Below are positions 25,401-39,500 of a stretch of DNA of 64,000 nt, piece after piece. The stretch is from Lingula anatina (Eukaryota > Animalia > Brachiopoda), in NCBI GenBank assembly GCA_051362555.1, contig CM120646.1:13206001-13270000 (forward strand), given 5' to 3'. How positions within the stretch are numbered: position 1 is the stretch's first letter; each line of letters opens with the position of its first letter. The position numbers and the translations under genes are program-made. Under the pieces are notes generated by a model that did not search any database, was not told where the DNA came from, and was given only the letters and a program-made list of their open reading frames with translations.

Positions 25401-27424
25401 TCTCTTCTGCTAAGTATATTCTGACCGTCAACTTTTTTTCAAACTCACTTGGAATATCAGTGAAGAATATTTCTCTGAGAGCCATAAATTCATCTTCTGG
25501 GCTGATGTCAGGAGTGCCAAACTCCTGTCTATCTGGCCACACCTCCCTAGGGGAAAATTTGCATATCATTAAAATTTATTTTGTTTTTTAAAAAAAAATC
25601 ATCAATCAAAAAATAATTTGTCCAGGTGGGTACCTTAATTAATACAAGATGTCAAAATTCTTTTTTTAAGGGTGTCATAGAAAACTCCTGGTGTAGACTT
25701 CAAGGTGAAGATGCCATGATTATTGGGCTCTACTTTGGATAAAGTCAAAAAAAAAAAAAAATAAATAAATAAATAAATAAAAAATAATAATCCTTGTTTG
25801 AAAGATGGTGAATCCACTTTAAAATCATTCTAAACCACAAACTTTAAGTCACATGGTCTCATAAAATCTTGACAAAGTAGTTTGCAATTCATCATTGCAT
25901 TTAGACTTTATGACTAAAACAATCAAAATGAAGACTGAAAAAATCCTGAAATCAGGTTTAATCCTGGTAACTTTCACCCATATTTTGACCATTACAACTA
26001 AATAATTCAACCCCACCTGGCAGCTCTAAACATGGCCACAGCTTCTCCTGCCTTGCCACCTCTCAGGAACTCGTGAATCTTCACCATAGCATTAATCCTG
26101 AAACAAAATAAATCGACATGTTGAAAGTTTGCGTAGGACAAAAAGCATGCCAACTTGAGGGATTTGAAAGTTGTTTTATTTTTCTAAAAGATTATTCTTG
26201 CATGGACACATCACAGCTAGTTCAACAGTCAGAGAAGAATTTCATCAGCTGTGTTAAGTTAGAAGAATGATGTGAATTTTTCTTCAGTCAACAGCTAATA
26301 TTGAGATAGGTTTTACCTCCAATATTTCGATAGGGCAAGTACACCACCTGAGTAGAGGCTATTCACCTGGATAGCCTCATTCCCTGAAGAAGATGTCCTG
26401 ATAGACATTGAAATATTGGAGGTAAAACCTATCTCAATATTAGCTGTTGACTGAAGAAAAATTCACATCATTCTTAGTTCAACAGTGTAATTAAGTTGCC
26501 CCAAAACATAATTTTGTGAAAGAGACCTTTCCAATTTTCAAGTCATTTTGACAAACAGTACCTAGTATATACTTACCTCTGCTGGTCATCTGTTTCCTCT
26601 GATGCAGCATCAAATGGGGTCACATTTTCTGGGACGTCACCTCTGTCCTGAAAAATGGCGGACAAGTCACCAGATATTCCATCCCATTGATTCTCCAGTT
26701 GTTCCTGCGTGAATTCTGGCTCTACTGAACCTTGGGGCTGCTTCTGTTTGCTTACTGGGATACAAGATAACAAGATACAGAAAATTTATAACATCATCAT
26801 TATGGTGCAAGAAATTGCCGTGAAGAATAAAGATGACAAAAATCAAAAGTGTCAAGATGATGTTTTACCAATTTTGAAAGCAATTTACGAGTATGGAATG
26901 TTTACGCAAAATCATGTTTATAATCACTGTACAACACTATGCGACCCATTTCCATAAACACATTTTCAGTCAAATTTCTCATAATCATTGCTCTGTATGT
27001 TAATATCACCCACTGTGGACACAAGTTCACAAACTATTCAGCAAGTACAAGATGATTTGGACCTCTGTCGATAATTAAAGCTTCATTTTAGATTGAACCC
27101 CAGAAAAACTGTCTTGTTTACGCCAATGCACCTTTACTCTTTTTCTTCTTTCCTCCCTTCTTTTTCTTCTGCACCACCAGGTGCTTGTTTTTCTTGCAGA
27201 AATGCTCCAGCATCTTGGTAAAGCAATGGGTGGTCTCTATCAGGTCCTTCAGGAAAGTCCTAAATTTTAAGAAAAGTTTAAACAATTAAAATGTAACATA
27301 TACCCAAAATAATGGATAATATCTAACAGCTATTATAACTGAAATTGGAGAAATTCCAGTATTGGATACAAACTTTTTACTTTCAATTATGTATCATATG
27401 AACTTAATGATAGTTTAAATAAAG

Positions 27425-27464
<40 letters not shown>

Positions 27465-29495
27465 ACAGCATTTATCATTTATGTACTGAGCTTTCCATAT
27501 CCTTACCTTGACTGACAAGACTGGTCAAACTTCTTAAGCAAGATCAAAAATATGTCCCTGTACTCCATCATATAAAACACATTGCCTGAAAGACAATGGG
27601 GTCAAAATTAAATATTAAGAAATATTTGTATGAACAAAACTTTTAGTCCATAATTATTTTCAATGTTTTTTTTTTATTCATCTTGGAAACTAACCTCCTG
27701 TACCAAACAGATATTCAACTAAGTTAAACTCAGAATGAGCTCCATTTTGTATTTGTCAACACCATAAATCATTTGTCAGTAAGATGACTTTGATGCTAAA
27801 AAATTTATACTAATGATAAATTATTAATATAATATTACTGTAACATCTGGAAAAGCACATGGCAATAATGCTAACATCTAATACTCTTATTTATTAATAT
27901 ATTACTATTGTTTATTATTATTATAATATTCATTATTATTCTCATTTTTTAATATGTTACTATTATTTCAAACCTTTAAGCACTTTTGCACTGGCCTTCA
28001 ATTCCGGGTCTTTATCCATAGTGTTCAGGGACATCAGTAACTCCTGGTACGCTCTCAGGGCAAGGTGCATCCTAGAAGCCAAAGGGATACCATGTTCAAA
28101 AAGCTTTGGCCTTACAGTATTTATTCATACATTTGTTCATTCATTTATGACAGAATTTAATTCAGTCAAATATCTGGATACTTTTGTCAAATCAACAAGT
28201 AAATATGGACTGTATGTTTGGCCCAAAAATTATAATATTTTTACAATCATCTGGGAACTTAGAATATGTTAGGCACTTTGGTAATATTTACTATAATAAA
28301 ATCCTAGAATGAAATTTTGGTAATATTTACTTTAATAAAATTCTAGAATGAACTTAGCTTGAACTTGTCTCATCCTTGCATCTTGAAAACCAGATTTGTT
28401 TAAGTCATACATTTTCCATTTCCAGTGCAATAAACTGATAAATATTCCAACAAATCTCACCTTTTAGACCAGGTGACCGCTTCTTTCTTGTCACTCAGCA
28501 CTGTCTCATGGTACGTCATTAAATTGGTCTGGATGTAATGAAAGGTAGGCACAGACATGGTCTCACTGGGAGAGAAAATAACAAATCTTATCATTTATTT
28601 TGTCTTTTGTATACATTTCATATAGTCAGTAAAATTCTAAAATATACAGTTACACTTATCTTCTGCTGTTGATGGTCTAGTCAAATTTGGAGCAGAAATC
28701 AATACTACTATGCTACAGAATATAAAATGACTCTGTATGATTGTCATATAGGAGTTAAAGGTTACTGACAAGGTTTATTATCATCAAAATACCAAAACAG
28801 AGTTTTTTCCTGCAAGGAATTAAATTGGTGTTGAAACAGTGTTTGTGGGTATCAAGAAATTTGAGAAACCAATTTAATTTGCAATTTTTTCCCTGATAAA
28901 ATGACATCTGTATAAATGCAATATAATTTACAGTCAAATATCTGGACACTTTAGTCAAATCAACATGTAAATATGGACTACATGTTTGGCCTTAAATAGA
29001 TTGCAATAGAATTTACAGTCAGTGGTCATTGAAGATTTATCTGTTATTCAAAACATGTAAATAAACACAGTCATTTACGAGTTTTTGTCTAACCCTGACA
29101 GTACCCTGAAACAGTAACACAGGTGATTTTACCTCACTAACTCCACCCTGAACTTGTACAATCTATTGAACTGCATGAAAAACCTCATGGCCCACAGGTA
29201 ATAGCTCTCATCATTCTCCTGAGCTTTGGAGTGCAGCAAACTATCCTGAAAATAAATGAATAAAAGTGCGTTCTTGATTAACAGGTAATCAAGGTGTGCA
29301 CATCTTACCTGGAAATTGCTCAACACAATAAAAATGCCCTACAATACACTTATAATATAAATCAATACTAATCAATGCTATGTTACCAAGTTCATTGTCC
29401 TAATCTGTCAAATACATATCAAGTACATTATTGCTTTTGGAATCTTTCATAGTTCAAAATAATAATAATAATGATGATGATGATTATGATGATGA

Positions 29496-29578
<83 letters not shown>

Positions 29579-32500
29579 ACAATTAATTAAATAAATAAAT
29601 GTATTGTTTTAGGAGTCCCACCTTGACAGCATACATCAAAGGATTGTAGCAGTTCTCTAGCAGCTGAATACAGAACTCCTTCAGAAAAAGCCGAATGCTC
29701 AGAGTAGAACGCCTTGTCAGTTCTTGGCTTTTGATTGGTTGACGGTTCTTTGGTTTTTTCTTTGGTTTCTTATCTTGATCAAAGCTGAGGTTTTTAACCT
29801 CTGCCAAGGAGCGGTGGTATATCATCTGATTTTCGCTGATAGATTTGACGTTCTTCATCACATATGTGCCGCCAAAACGAGAGTGTCTGAAATCAAGTTC
29901 CAAGATATTTCTTTCTGCCAAGAATTTAAAAATGGCTACATGTATTATCAGAAGTTGCTAATATAGCAGTAACTGATTAAGTTAAATAACAAGGCCAAGT
30001 CAGTAGACAATTCAACGAAGAGCCACATCAAGTAAACAAAAAAGGGTAAAAAAGAAATTTGTTCTCCTCATGACACCTGTCATATACAGTAATTTAAACT
30101 TCACATACCCTGTACTCATTTCAAACTTGGCCAGCAAAAATTTTTGATACTTCAATGAAATCAATCACGTGCTATTTCGGATTAATCCACATTAACAATA
30201 TTTTCATTTGTCAAACAGTGCATTTCATGCACCGTATACCTGGAACTGTACTTCATGACACATGCCAGTTTTTGAGCCTTCTCTTTTTCACGAATGAGGT
30301 CCAGCTCCCTAAAAAAAAAAGATAATAACAACAATATTAATAATAATTATTAAGAGAATATCAGTAATCTGCAAATGTTGTGAATAAAAACAGCTATTAA
30401 AAGAAAACCATTATATTTTTAAAGAATTTCTGAAAATTTCTGACAAAACTTAGATACAATGATTAAACACATAATGATCTAACTGATGCTCTCTTTATCA
30501 CTCACTCATCCTCTTTCTGTCTTTCAGAATCTGTCTTGGCCGACCCTGCTGACGCCAACTGCTCTGGTGTCTGGAGAACAATATGCACTCACATATGTAA
30601 CAAAAGCCACGTAGAAAAATAAAGGATAACTGGAAAATATACCACAATATCAAAATGAAAAAGAAATCAACCATGAACTTTTCAAGCACTTCACTTGTTT
30701 GTTTGTTGTTAAGTAATTTCATGAAATGTGGTCACACAAAAATCAAATAGTTTTTGTTTTAAAATGAGATGTGGTTGTAAGATACAACAATTAGTGACTC
30801 AGAACCACCGTGTTAACACTGAGAACCATGGAGCTCAACAAGACACAAGTCCTCGGAACTCGTCAACATGGAACTCTTAAATTTTGCGCAGTGTTTGGTC
30901 ATCACAGGCTGGGATATTGCAAGAATACCCTGCAAACACTATCTGGTAAAACTGCCCAATAATGCTTTTTTCATCATGTAAATAATTCTCATACGAAAAT
31001 AATTTGTTGAAGCAAGCAGCTTTCAAATTTGGTTCCAAGAAAAAAGAATCTGATGCAACTTTATTTTAAGCCACAAACTACTTTGAATTCTTTATCACAG
31101 CAGTTTTAAGAGTTGTACACCCGTGCTCTGTGACTAATCAAGTAGTAAACACCTAAACAAGCCAGGAAGTGTTCAGTTCCATACAAACTCGTGTCTCACC
31201 TGTTCCCGAAACATTAGAGATATGATCTCCAACACATGCATACTGAACTGACGTTCATCATCCGAACTGGCGATATACAACAACAGGTCCTCCATACCAC
31301 TGACATGTAGAGACCTATAAAAATATAAGATACACGATCAACCTAATCCTTGATTTCTATCTAAATTACCACCTGGGCTCATTTTCAAAATCTTTAACAC
31401 CTGAATACTAAACAATTTTTGGCAAATTATTGTTAATTTGGTTTTCAATCAAAATTTCGAGGAAATCACCTTGCTATTTGGCTTTAAGAAATCCAAGCTG
31501 AAGTGAAAGAACATACCTGCAATAATATCAATTTTACTTTCTGTGCTGTATGAATACCTACTCCAATGTGAACGAAATTGTCAAACACACTTACCACAAA
31601 AGTTGGTCATGAATACTGGCATCGTCGTCAGTTCGCTGAAAAATAAATTAAATTTTTAATTCTGGTAAAACAGTACACTGATGATATGACATTCAAAATC
31701 ATTGTCAAAATTTCTCAGAGAAACAAAAAAAGATCATTGGGTTTAACAATTCAATGTTAATGATAGAAATTAACAATTAAACCCAATTTTAACATCCGTC
31801 TTATGGGACCAAATATATTTTGACCAAATAAGGCCAAAATAAAATCTGTGGTACTTGCCAAAAATTTTTTTCTCACCTTTTCTTGCATGGGATCTGGGGG
31901 AACATGGAGGATATTTCTCACCAGGATAAGAAGTCTTTCTATCAAAATTCTGTCCTCTTCTTGTCTGTTTTCCCAGTCCTATGTTGAATAATTTGATGTT
32001 GGTGAAGCAATAAGAACAGATACAAAGCTGAGCAAAAGAAGATTAAATAATATACAAGTTGAAAATCTACCAGTAATAGTAGATAAAGTAGGAATTTTGT
32101 ATGTTAATTTAAAGTCAGTTATTTAAAATGTCACTACCCCTACATTAGTTCTCAATGGATTTCATACTTGTTTAGAAAAACTTCAGTAAAACGTAGCAAA
32201 ATGACAATTTTGTTGACAAAGTTGTTGATTTACCACACAAAACGACTTACAAGCTGTAGTAAGTCTCCTAGTTTCTTTGTCAACACAGCAAATAAGGCCT
32301 CATCTGCAAATGCCTAGAATGAAGAGAATTCATAAACTGAACAACATGACTGAATAACAAAATAAGCTGAATAAAATTTACTAACCCTTAATAAACTAAC
32401 CCTCAAAATCTGATAATCAAACTTTTTATACCACAATTTTTTAACCTTCTTGAAAGTCGCCATATAAAACCTGACATCAAAGATGTGCAGACTTCAGAGT

Positions 32501-33073
32501 GAATTTCTAGCAAAACATGAAAATGTCTAAAATCATAAGCTGTATCCTTTTGCAATTTTGAGCACAGAAATTATGACAGGATACATAAAATGAGTCAATC
32601 TGTACATGTTCCTGCCCACCTACCAGCTTGTAACTCTGCAGGTGTTGCTCTATCTCTAAATACTGATTGCGGGTTGTTTTATCTTCTGGGATAGCTCCAT
32701 TAAAACACAGCATACCTGGCTGGGTGAGGTTGACCAGCAACCTGGAACATACAGGAAAGATATAATTTTACTGTGGAAGAGGTTTTTCATTGTCTCTTGG
32801 GTATAGAAGGTAAAAAGAAAACAGTTGCTAAAGAGAATTTTTAAAAAATTAACTTTTAAGGTATGGTGTTTTTACCCTTCCACGAAAGGGCTTTAATCAC
32901 GACTGACTTATGTATCTTCCCTGTTTCTACATGTAATGATAAAATCCCCATCTGAAATTGACTAAAAAGTGATTTTCCTTTCTTGCTTCAATTAGGATAT
33001 AAATATTATCTTTCATGTCACATATGCTCTGAGTTTAGGGGAAATTTGTATGTCATCGCTAAGGCAGAATGCC

Positions 33074-33140
<67 letters not shown>

Positions 33141-33694
33141 GGGGGGGGGGGAGTGCCCACCTGATTACTGTGTCAAACAAAGTAGCATCATCCTTGTAAG
33201 TCTTCAGCAAAGGCAGAAGGTCATTTTGTAGAATCTGAGCACTGCCAAGCTGGCGACGGATGTCACAAGAGTCATCCTCTCTCTTCAAGAAACGGATTAG
33301 GTCTTTGACAGTCTCTGGTGATGTAACAAATAAAAAAAAAAGAAAAGAAAACAAATGCATATATGCAAACACAGTGAAAAAACTTTGCAAACACATTTGC
33401 TGTACTAATTATCACATGGGAGTTTCTTACACAGCTCAATCATTTTAACACTTAGATTGATAATTGGAGCTGTACGTTTACCAAATATTACAGTATTACA
33501 GAGCTAAAATTAGAACATCACTGAAACACAAGGGCAATACAGCTGATACCCAGTACGTTGGAATCAAATGCTATGGTCACTGAACTATGATCCATCCAGG
33601 TCTTACCCAAACAGTCTGGTTCCTTGACATATTTCCCGTCTTCCTGGTACCCCAGGGCACTGCAGGTAGCCTGGAGCTCTACGTGCATCACCAT
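18193..33694 (-). CDS. TIMELESS: Protein timeless homolog, timeout/Tim2/Tof1 replication-fork-protection type (~1447 aa, 33 coding exons)
   Basis: The N-terminus [43 protein letters not shown]...LLVNLTQP matches mammalian TIMELESS, and RHSRFGGTY is present. Exons (high-low): 33694-33607, 33314-33161, 32741-32624, 32313-32251, 31978-31877, 31635-31595, 31314-31200, 30570-30506, 30308-30240, 29886-29622, 29245-29133, 28565-28461, 28071-27974, 27585-27507, 27259-27132, 26754-26577, 26097-26017, 25546-25449, 25207-25136, 24811-24748, 24607-24400, 24042-23897, 23375-23293, 22905-22776, 22534-22458, 22131-21952, 21540-21349, 21118-21050, 20787-20669, 20350-20130, 19605-19051, 18718-18579, 18320-18193. 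Total 4344 nt with the frame preserved. Confidence 0.95.
19701..19872. mobile_element. Short hAT-like MITE (172 bp) with a 6-bp TSD
   Basis: Perfect 12-bp TIR CAGTCTGTGACA / TGTCACAGACTG, with AGAATT duplicated at 19695-19700 and 19873-19878. Confidence 0.7.
23608..23760. mobile_element. Hairpin MITE-like element (~153 bp)
   Basis: Imperfect inverted repeats of about 50 bp: AAGGTAGCCACT...ATGGTCTCCCTACCTCCACAAGCGCC versus the reverse complement of the right end, AAGGAAGCCACT...ATGGTCTCCCCACCTCCACATGCGCC. The element is GC-rich relative to the intron. Confidence 0.6.
26263..26475 (+). mobile_element. Penelope-like element remnant: 66-bp perfect inverted repeat carrying a hammerhead-like motif
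   Basis: Arms 26263-26328 and 26410-26475 are exact reverse complements. The spacer and right arm contain uucc-CUGAAGA-A-GAUGUC[cugaua]GACAUU-GAAA-UAUU-ggag (26380-26421). The 12-mer TAGTTCAACAGT is repeated at 26218 and 26475. Confidence 0.6.
29497..29579. repeat. (AAAT)n microsatellite
   Basis: Read directly. Similar tracts occur at about 22410-22447, 43420-43470 and 51480-51540. Confidence 0.9.
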
Positions 33695-33960
33695 TACTAC
33701 CTTATCAATGTAAAAAATAGTAAAGAAACCAATTACACAATGATTTTGTTTTATTTTTCATAAAATATTGATACGCACGATACGCAACAACATCTAGCCC
33801 TTTTCTCAATCTCATTGCCAGCATGTTCATCTTTCGTTTACATTTACAGTCTGGTAACTTTTTAAAACCTGTCATTTGACTCCACACCAAATTACAGCTT
33901 CCTTTACAATATACAACTCATTTGAATTAAGAGTTTACGCACAAATCTTAGTTCTCTTAC

Positions 33961-34010
33961 CTTATCTGGATGAATACAAGCGCGAGATTTCGCGCCGGAT
34001 CGATATGGAG
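33961..34010 (-). promoter_or_regulatory. TIMELESS promoter and 5'UTR exon with an E2F site
   Basis: TTTCGCGCC at 33988-33996 is a canonical E2F TTTSSCGC site, with an adjacent inverted GCGCGAGA. A minus-strand donor GTAAG lies at 33960-33956 and an acceptor at 33702-33701, just before the ATG. Confidence 0.55.
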
Positions 34011-34328
34011 GCTAACGACCTTCACGAAATTAGTTCAAGGTCACGCAAAATGAATTCTCAACTACAAACTGCTTGATGGTGAAGAAATTACGCAATAAAT
34101 AAAAAAATATAAAATAAATAAAGTGCATTTCCTGTAAACGTCAGTCTTACATATGTATTTTGAAAGCAAGAGCTGTACGTACCGCATTTTCTGCTTGTCA
34201 TAGAAAAGGACGTTTTATAGATAGCCTACCGTTATCAAGTTAATACAAATGTCCAAAAGTTAATCAGAATATCTCCACGTGGTTATTACTCCGTACAAGG
34301 CAACGTTCACCTTAACGACTGAAGGAAG

Positions 34329-34330
<2 letters not shown>

Positions 34331-34388
<58 letters not shown>
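34331..34388. repeat. (AT)n microsatellite
   Basis: Read directly from the sequence. Confidence 0.95.
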
Positions 34389-34390
<2 letters not shown>

Positions 34391-36508
34391 CCTTTGTAAG
34401 CAGGTGGACCCTATACGTTTTTGGTACAGAAAAAGAGGTACAAAAACTTTAGTTAAAAACACAAAAGTAGACACGATCCTATTGAATTGTTGCAGTCAGC
34501 TGTATTTTATAGTTTGTAGTCATTAGTTTACATTGTAAAGGGATAGGGTTTAAGTGGCACTATTAAAAGCCCTCACTTAACAGTAACCAAGTGAATTTTT
34601 GAGTTTGTTTCAAAGACAAAAACCTGGTTAAGAAAATAGGAACACTTAACACTTCAAATATTACCTTTTTATTTTTTATTTTCTTCCTCTTTTTTTAATG
34701 TCAACATTTCAATATCACAGTTTTTATAAAAGTGGGTCACATTCTGACAGCAGCTCCCTCTATACCCAAATGACATTACCATTCCAGAGTCATGCAATCT
34801 GGTGTTACAGTGCTAACAGTGTTCTAGTTACACAACATAATTTAAATGAGAGCAATAATAATAATTATAGTCAAACTTGGTTTGCAGTGAGAAACTTTTC
34901 AATTAGGCGCAATGATGATGGACAAATTTTCAGTTTTATACAAGGGAATCTAGCTGCGCTGTTAGGAAATACATTAATCGTCTACTGAAATTGTCATGAA
35001 GTTAAAAATCAAGCCAATTTTGTTGAGTGCAGTATTGGTCATAAAATATATATCACTAAGACTTGATTCGTTACAGTATTGGCAAATGTGATAAGCAATT
35101 GTTATAAAAATATCAGTTCTCCAAAAATTGCAAAACATGTTCAACTTGAAATACTCAAAATCTACGATGTCCACATTTCTGTTACATTCGTAAAATGGTT
35201 TAATATTGTAACAAGCCAGACAAGATATATTTTCTCTACAAAGAATGCATTCTCTCTGTGAATGAGAATATAGAATAATTGAAATAACTTTGAATCCTTT
35301 TTCACTGGTTCCCTTTAAAAAGCTACCTGAAAAAAATACAAGATGTAAGGCCTTAAGGACCGTTTGGCTCTTTGCACCAATATTCTGATTCAACTTTTGA
35401 AGGCCACTTGTATCTAAACACTAGTAGCCCCCAAAAGTTCTTCAGCTGAAAATTATATGACCTCATCCTAAGAACATGGATTGTAATCTTTTGGAAAAAA
35501 AAAGTTTCCCCAATAAATTTCCTGTTAAATAGGGGTTAATAGTAACTACTACTATTACTTTTATTGGCAGGGATAAGAATAACAAAAGATTGCTGAAAAC
35601 CTGTCTATGTCACATTCTTCAGACATGTAAAACTTTCAGTTGTGCAATGTAACTTTTGGTAGGTATGGTGAAATGTCATTTCATACTTCCCAACAATACA
35701 AACAGCCTCATGAACGCTCAGTTAACATCTCTACACATTACACAAATTTTTTACAAACATTTCACAAAGGTAATGCATGCAACATTTGTTATCCTCTTAA
35801 CACAATTTTGTATGCTGATTAACTTGTACAGACGTACTTCATTAACTCCACAGTGGGGCTTGGGCCTCTTGTACAAGCTCTCATACTGTAATTTAACAGA
35901 CGACTGCATGAACAAATTGCTACAATACCAACTTACTGATATACATGCCGAAATTAAGCAAGAGAATGTTATCCAGGTATAGTGCCTGGCATTAAACAAA
36001 GAGACCCTTACCCACCCTAAAGCATCTGTAGTGATTGCCCCTCCCCGTTTCTAAAAATTCTGTGCAAAATGCAGTAGCTTTCCTTTCCAAATGAAGAAAA
36101 AGGCCCCCAAAGAGGAAACCATCCCATTCTTTGCATTATTATTTGTACAGAAATTTTCTCTTCCTAATTCCACCAAAACAACCATAGCATTCCATTAGCT
36201 TGAACATACTGATTGAACAAAGACCCCATGTGGTTGCTCCACAATTGTTTCAAAAATCTTTCCACACTAAGTGCGACATTTCCAGCTTAACCCACTGATA
36301 ACATGTCCACAGTACAAGATCCCTCACATCTCTGCCATCAGGTGACCCTCACTGTGCTGTACAGACCAAGTCACATGATCCAAGTGATCCAAGTCACATG
36401 ATCACCTTACAGAATTGTGATTGGTTGAGGAGGGGGGTTCAGCAGTCCTCCCTTTACTCTGGTCAAAAGGAGAAGTCTTGTCCATTAGGATGGACTTGGA
36501 GGACGCTG

Positions 36509-39500
36509 TCACGTGACTTCCATAGGAACAGGGTTTTCTTGCTTCACGATAGAGTTTGTTTGATTGCCATCTTCATGATTTTGTCTGGAAATAATTCAGT
36601 AGAATATAAGTTACTCTGAAAAGACATTTTTTTGCGGTGCTCCCTTTCTATGTTCCATCACACTTATACAGTAGCATAATGTATAGGTTTGCTGCAAATT
36701 TTCACCAAAAATGTGGGATTCTCAAAAAGCATGCAGCTTCATTTGGTACATCTACTTGAAATATTGTTAAATCCAACCCAAACCCCTCATGAAACTGGCT
36801 CCATTTTCTAACAGAGGTCATACAGATAAGAATACTTACAAAAAAAAAAAAAAAAAAAAAATGCAACAGAGTTGGCACGTGTTCATTTAACTTACTTGAT
36901 TTGGTCTGCTGCTGTGTTGGCCAGTTTGAGGATCTTGGGTGAGGACGGGGTGACCGCCTTGGCCGCAAGAACACTAACCGGGGTGGTCTGGGAGTTCACT
37001 GTGCTGATTATGTTGACTGGACTTGTGGACACTGAAGACAGATTGCTATTGGACGTTGAAGTGAGAGGAAAGTTTAACTGCAGAACATTTTCAGCTGGTG
37101 ACGTTGACAGACCATGTGCCTTGCCTAAAAATTAAAAGAGCAGATGCTTGACAAGCTTTACAAAATGCAGTAAAAAAGTGTTCAATTTTTTTTTAAATTT
37201 ATAACATCTAAATCTAAATGTTCATTGGTCTTTTTTACAAAGGTCCATTGAAAATTGGTGTTATCTAAACTTGTTAATGATAAAATCTTAAGTGAGTAAT
37301 TCTAAGAAAATTGTTTGCATCATCCAATAGCATTGATGCATAATTCCTGTTTGATGTTCAAATTTTTATGATACAAGCCCAGGTTGTACAGAACATCAAG
37401 AGACCATAAATAACACATTTCACAAAAAAGATGTCATCAAAAAAATAAACAAACTTTCTCTGAAATTAATGTCCATGACCATAACATGATTCACAGTTTT
37501 ACATAAAATCAGTTTTTTTTTGCCTGACATTGGCTAACAGAGTGGATTCATATCCTTAACAGTGTGCTCAGTGACCACTTACTGTCCATAATGGGTCCAT
37601 TCGTCAGCGCAGCAGCATGAGCACCAGTCACCTGCACATTATTTACCACAGCAGACACCGCAAACTGCGCCGTGGCAGAATCCAATGTGAATCGGGACGT
37701 GGGCTGCGAGCAGAAGGAATGTCCTAGATTAATTGAGCTATCTAAAGTTTCTGTTTCCATTTTGATCAGCTGTTCTTGTTGCTGTCTCTGCATGAGTAAC
37801 AGCTGCTCCTGGTGGGCCTGGAAGCTTTCTAGATTAAACTCGGTGCTGACTGGAATGGCAGTGTAGGTTTCATCCACAGTTGAAGACTGGTAGAAGTCCT
37901 CTTCTGTCGGAGTTTTTGGTCGGAAATGGGGCCTGAAAAATGAAATTAATGAAGAATCAAGAACAGTCATAAATGGGCACAGAGAAACTAATTCATCATT
38001 TAATTCCAGAGAAAACTGTGTTTTGGCACAATCCAGCAGATAATTATGTATTTCAACTCAAAGAAGTAAACTATTCAATTATTGCTCTACAGGACATGAA
38101 CTAAATATGAGCTAAATGAGAGCCACCTGTAAGCCTGAACTCATCAATGACTTTATTCTCATGAACAACAATGTGTTGTTAAGAGCAATCTAGTAGTTGG
38201 AATATACTATAATATAGGGATATAAGCACATATGTGAATAAGTACAATATTGTACATGTAATTCAACTAGGAGACTTGACTCTCACCAGGCACATTTACA
38301 CAACACAGTTCATGCGTTCAACATGCATCCAGTTACTTAATTCTATACTGAAACACTTCTACTCACACTTTCTCATTCTGAATATAATGAATGTAATCAT
38401 CTATGTGAGAGTTCCCTGAGGTAGAACTGCTGATGTCTAACTCGTGCAGCGTATCGTCCCATGGAGTATAAGCTCGGTCTAGTAGAACCCTGGAAAAGGT
38501 TAAAACAATGATTCAATATTCAACATGGGTCCCAGTTACACCAGAGAGTGGAATCAAGAAAGATACTACCACACACATTTTCAATGTAGAACAAATTTCA
38601 ACCTTCTTTAGCCATCTGTAGTACGATTTACATGATTAACCAGACTTGTAAACTTCCAAGTCTGCACACCCAGAAATTTGCACCCACTTTTTTTTCAGAA
38701 GATTGAAAGGTGACCTAAATAAAAAGTATAACCTTAATAATAAATTCTGGCTATTTTTGCAAGAATACACTGTTTCAACATAGCAATTAACCAACACATT
38801 TTGGATGAAGGATAAACAAACTAACCTTCCTCCTCGCCCAATCCTCCGCCGGACATATCCCACACACTGTCGGGGTGAGGACAGCGAGGAGAGATTATAC
38901 CTATATTTTTTATCACCCCAGCCCCCTTCTTCTCGACTACTCCATGGCCAGTTGCCAAGGTAATCATCGATAGGCTGAAATGAAGAAATGTTCCATGGTA
39001 AGTCATTTCTTCATTATTAATAATATATTTGTGGAGTTAACATAAAATAATGCAGACAATATTAATAGACTTACCCCCAAAAAACAAGCAAAACCTTGCA
39101 TCTTACATCTACTATGGAGTCTTTAATAAATTATAATAAGTCATAATAAATTAATTTGCACATAATACAATATAACACTTAACAGTATTCAAAATCAAAG
39201 AAAATGTTGCTTCTTGTTCACAGAGAAAGAACTTAAGCTTCAGCTAGCAGTAGCTAACTGCCATATCATATTTACAGAACAACATTCAATCTGCTAACAC
39301 AGAGCATGTGTAGAAAAGAAATAATAGACTCACAGCTAAATAATAACAATTGTTTTTTCTTCTAAATGCATATGGACCATCAGGATCATTTTCATCTTCA
39401 TGGTCAGACTGAGAAAGAGGCTGAAAGACAAAAACATGGATGTGTTTTAAACAATCAAAACAAACGACACCATCGAAGTAAATGTGTTAACTTTTTTACA

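Noticed and set aside
18193-33694. Reading the gene as the circadian Drosophila-type timeless (tim1)
   Set aside because: The N-terminal sequence and overall layout match mammalian TIMELESS/timeout instead.
34974-35999. ORFs of 80-139 aa between TIMELESS and EPC
   Set aside because: They are AT-rich with no domain features, and most likely lie in the EPC 3'UTR or intergenic DNA.
38287-38366. Apparent GTGAG donor at 38286 extending EPC exon 11
   Set aside because: It breaks the phase with the next exon, whereas the donor at 38366 preserves the frame.
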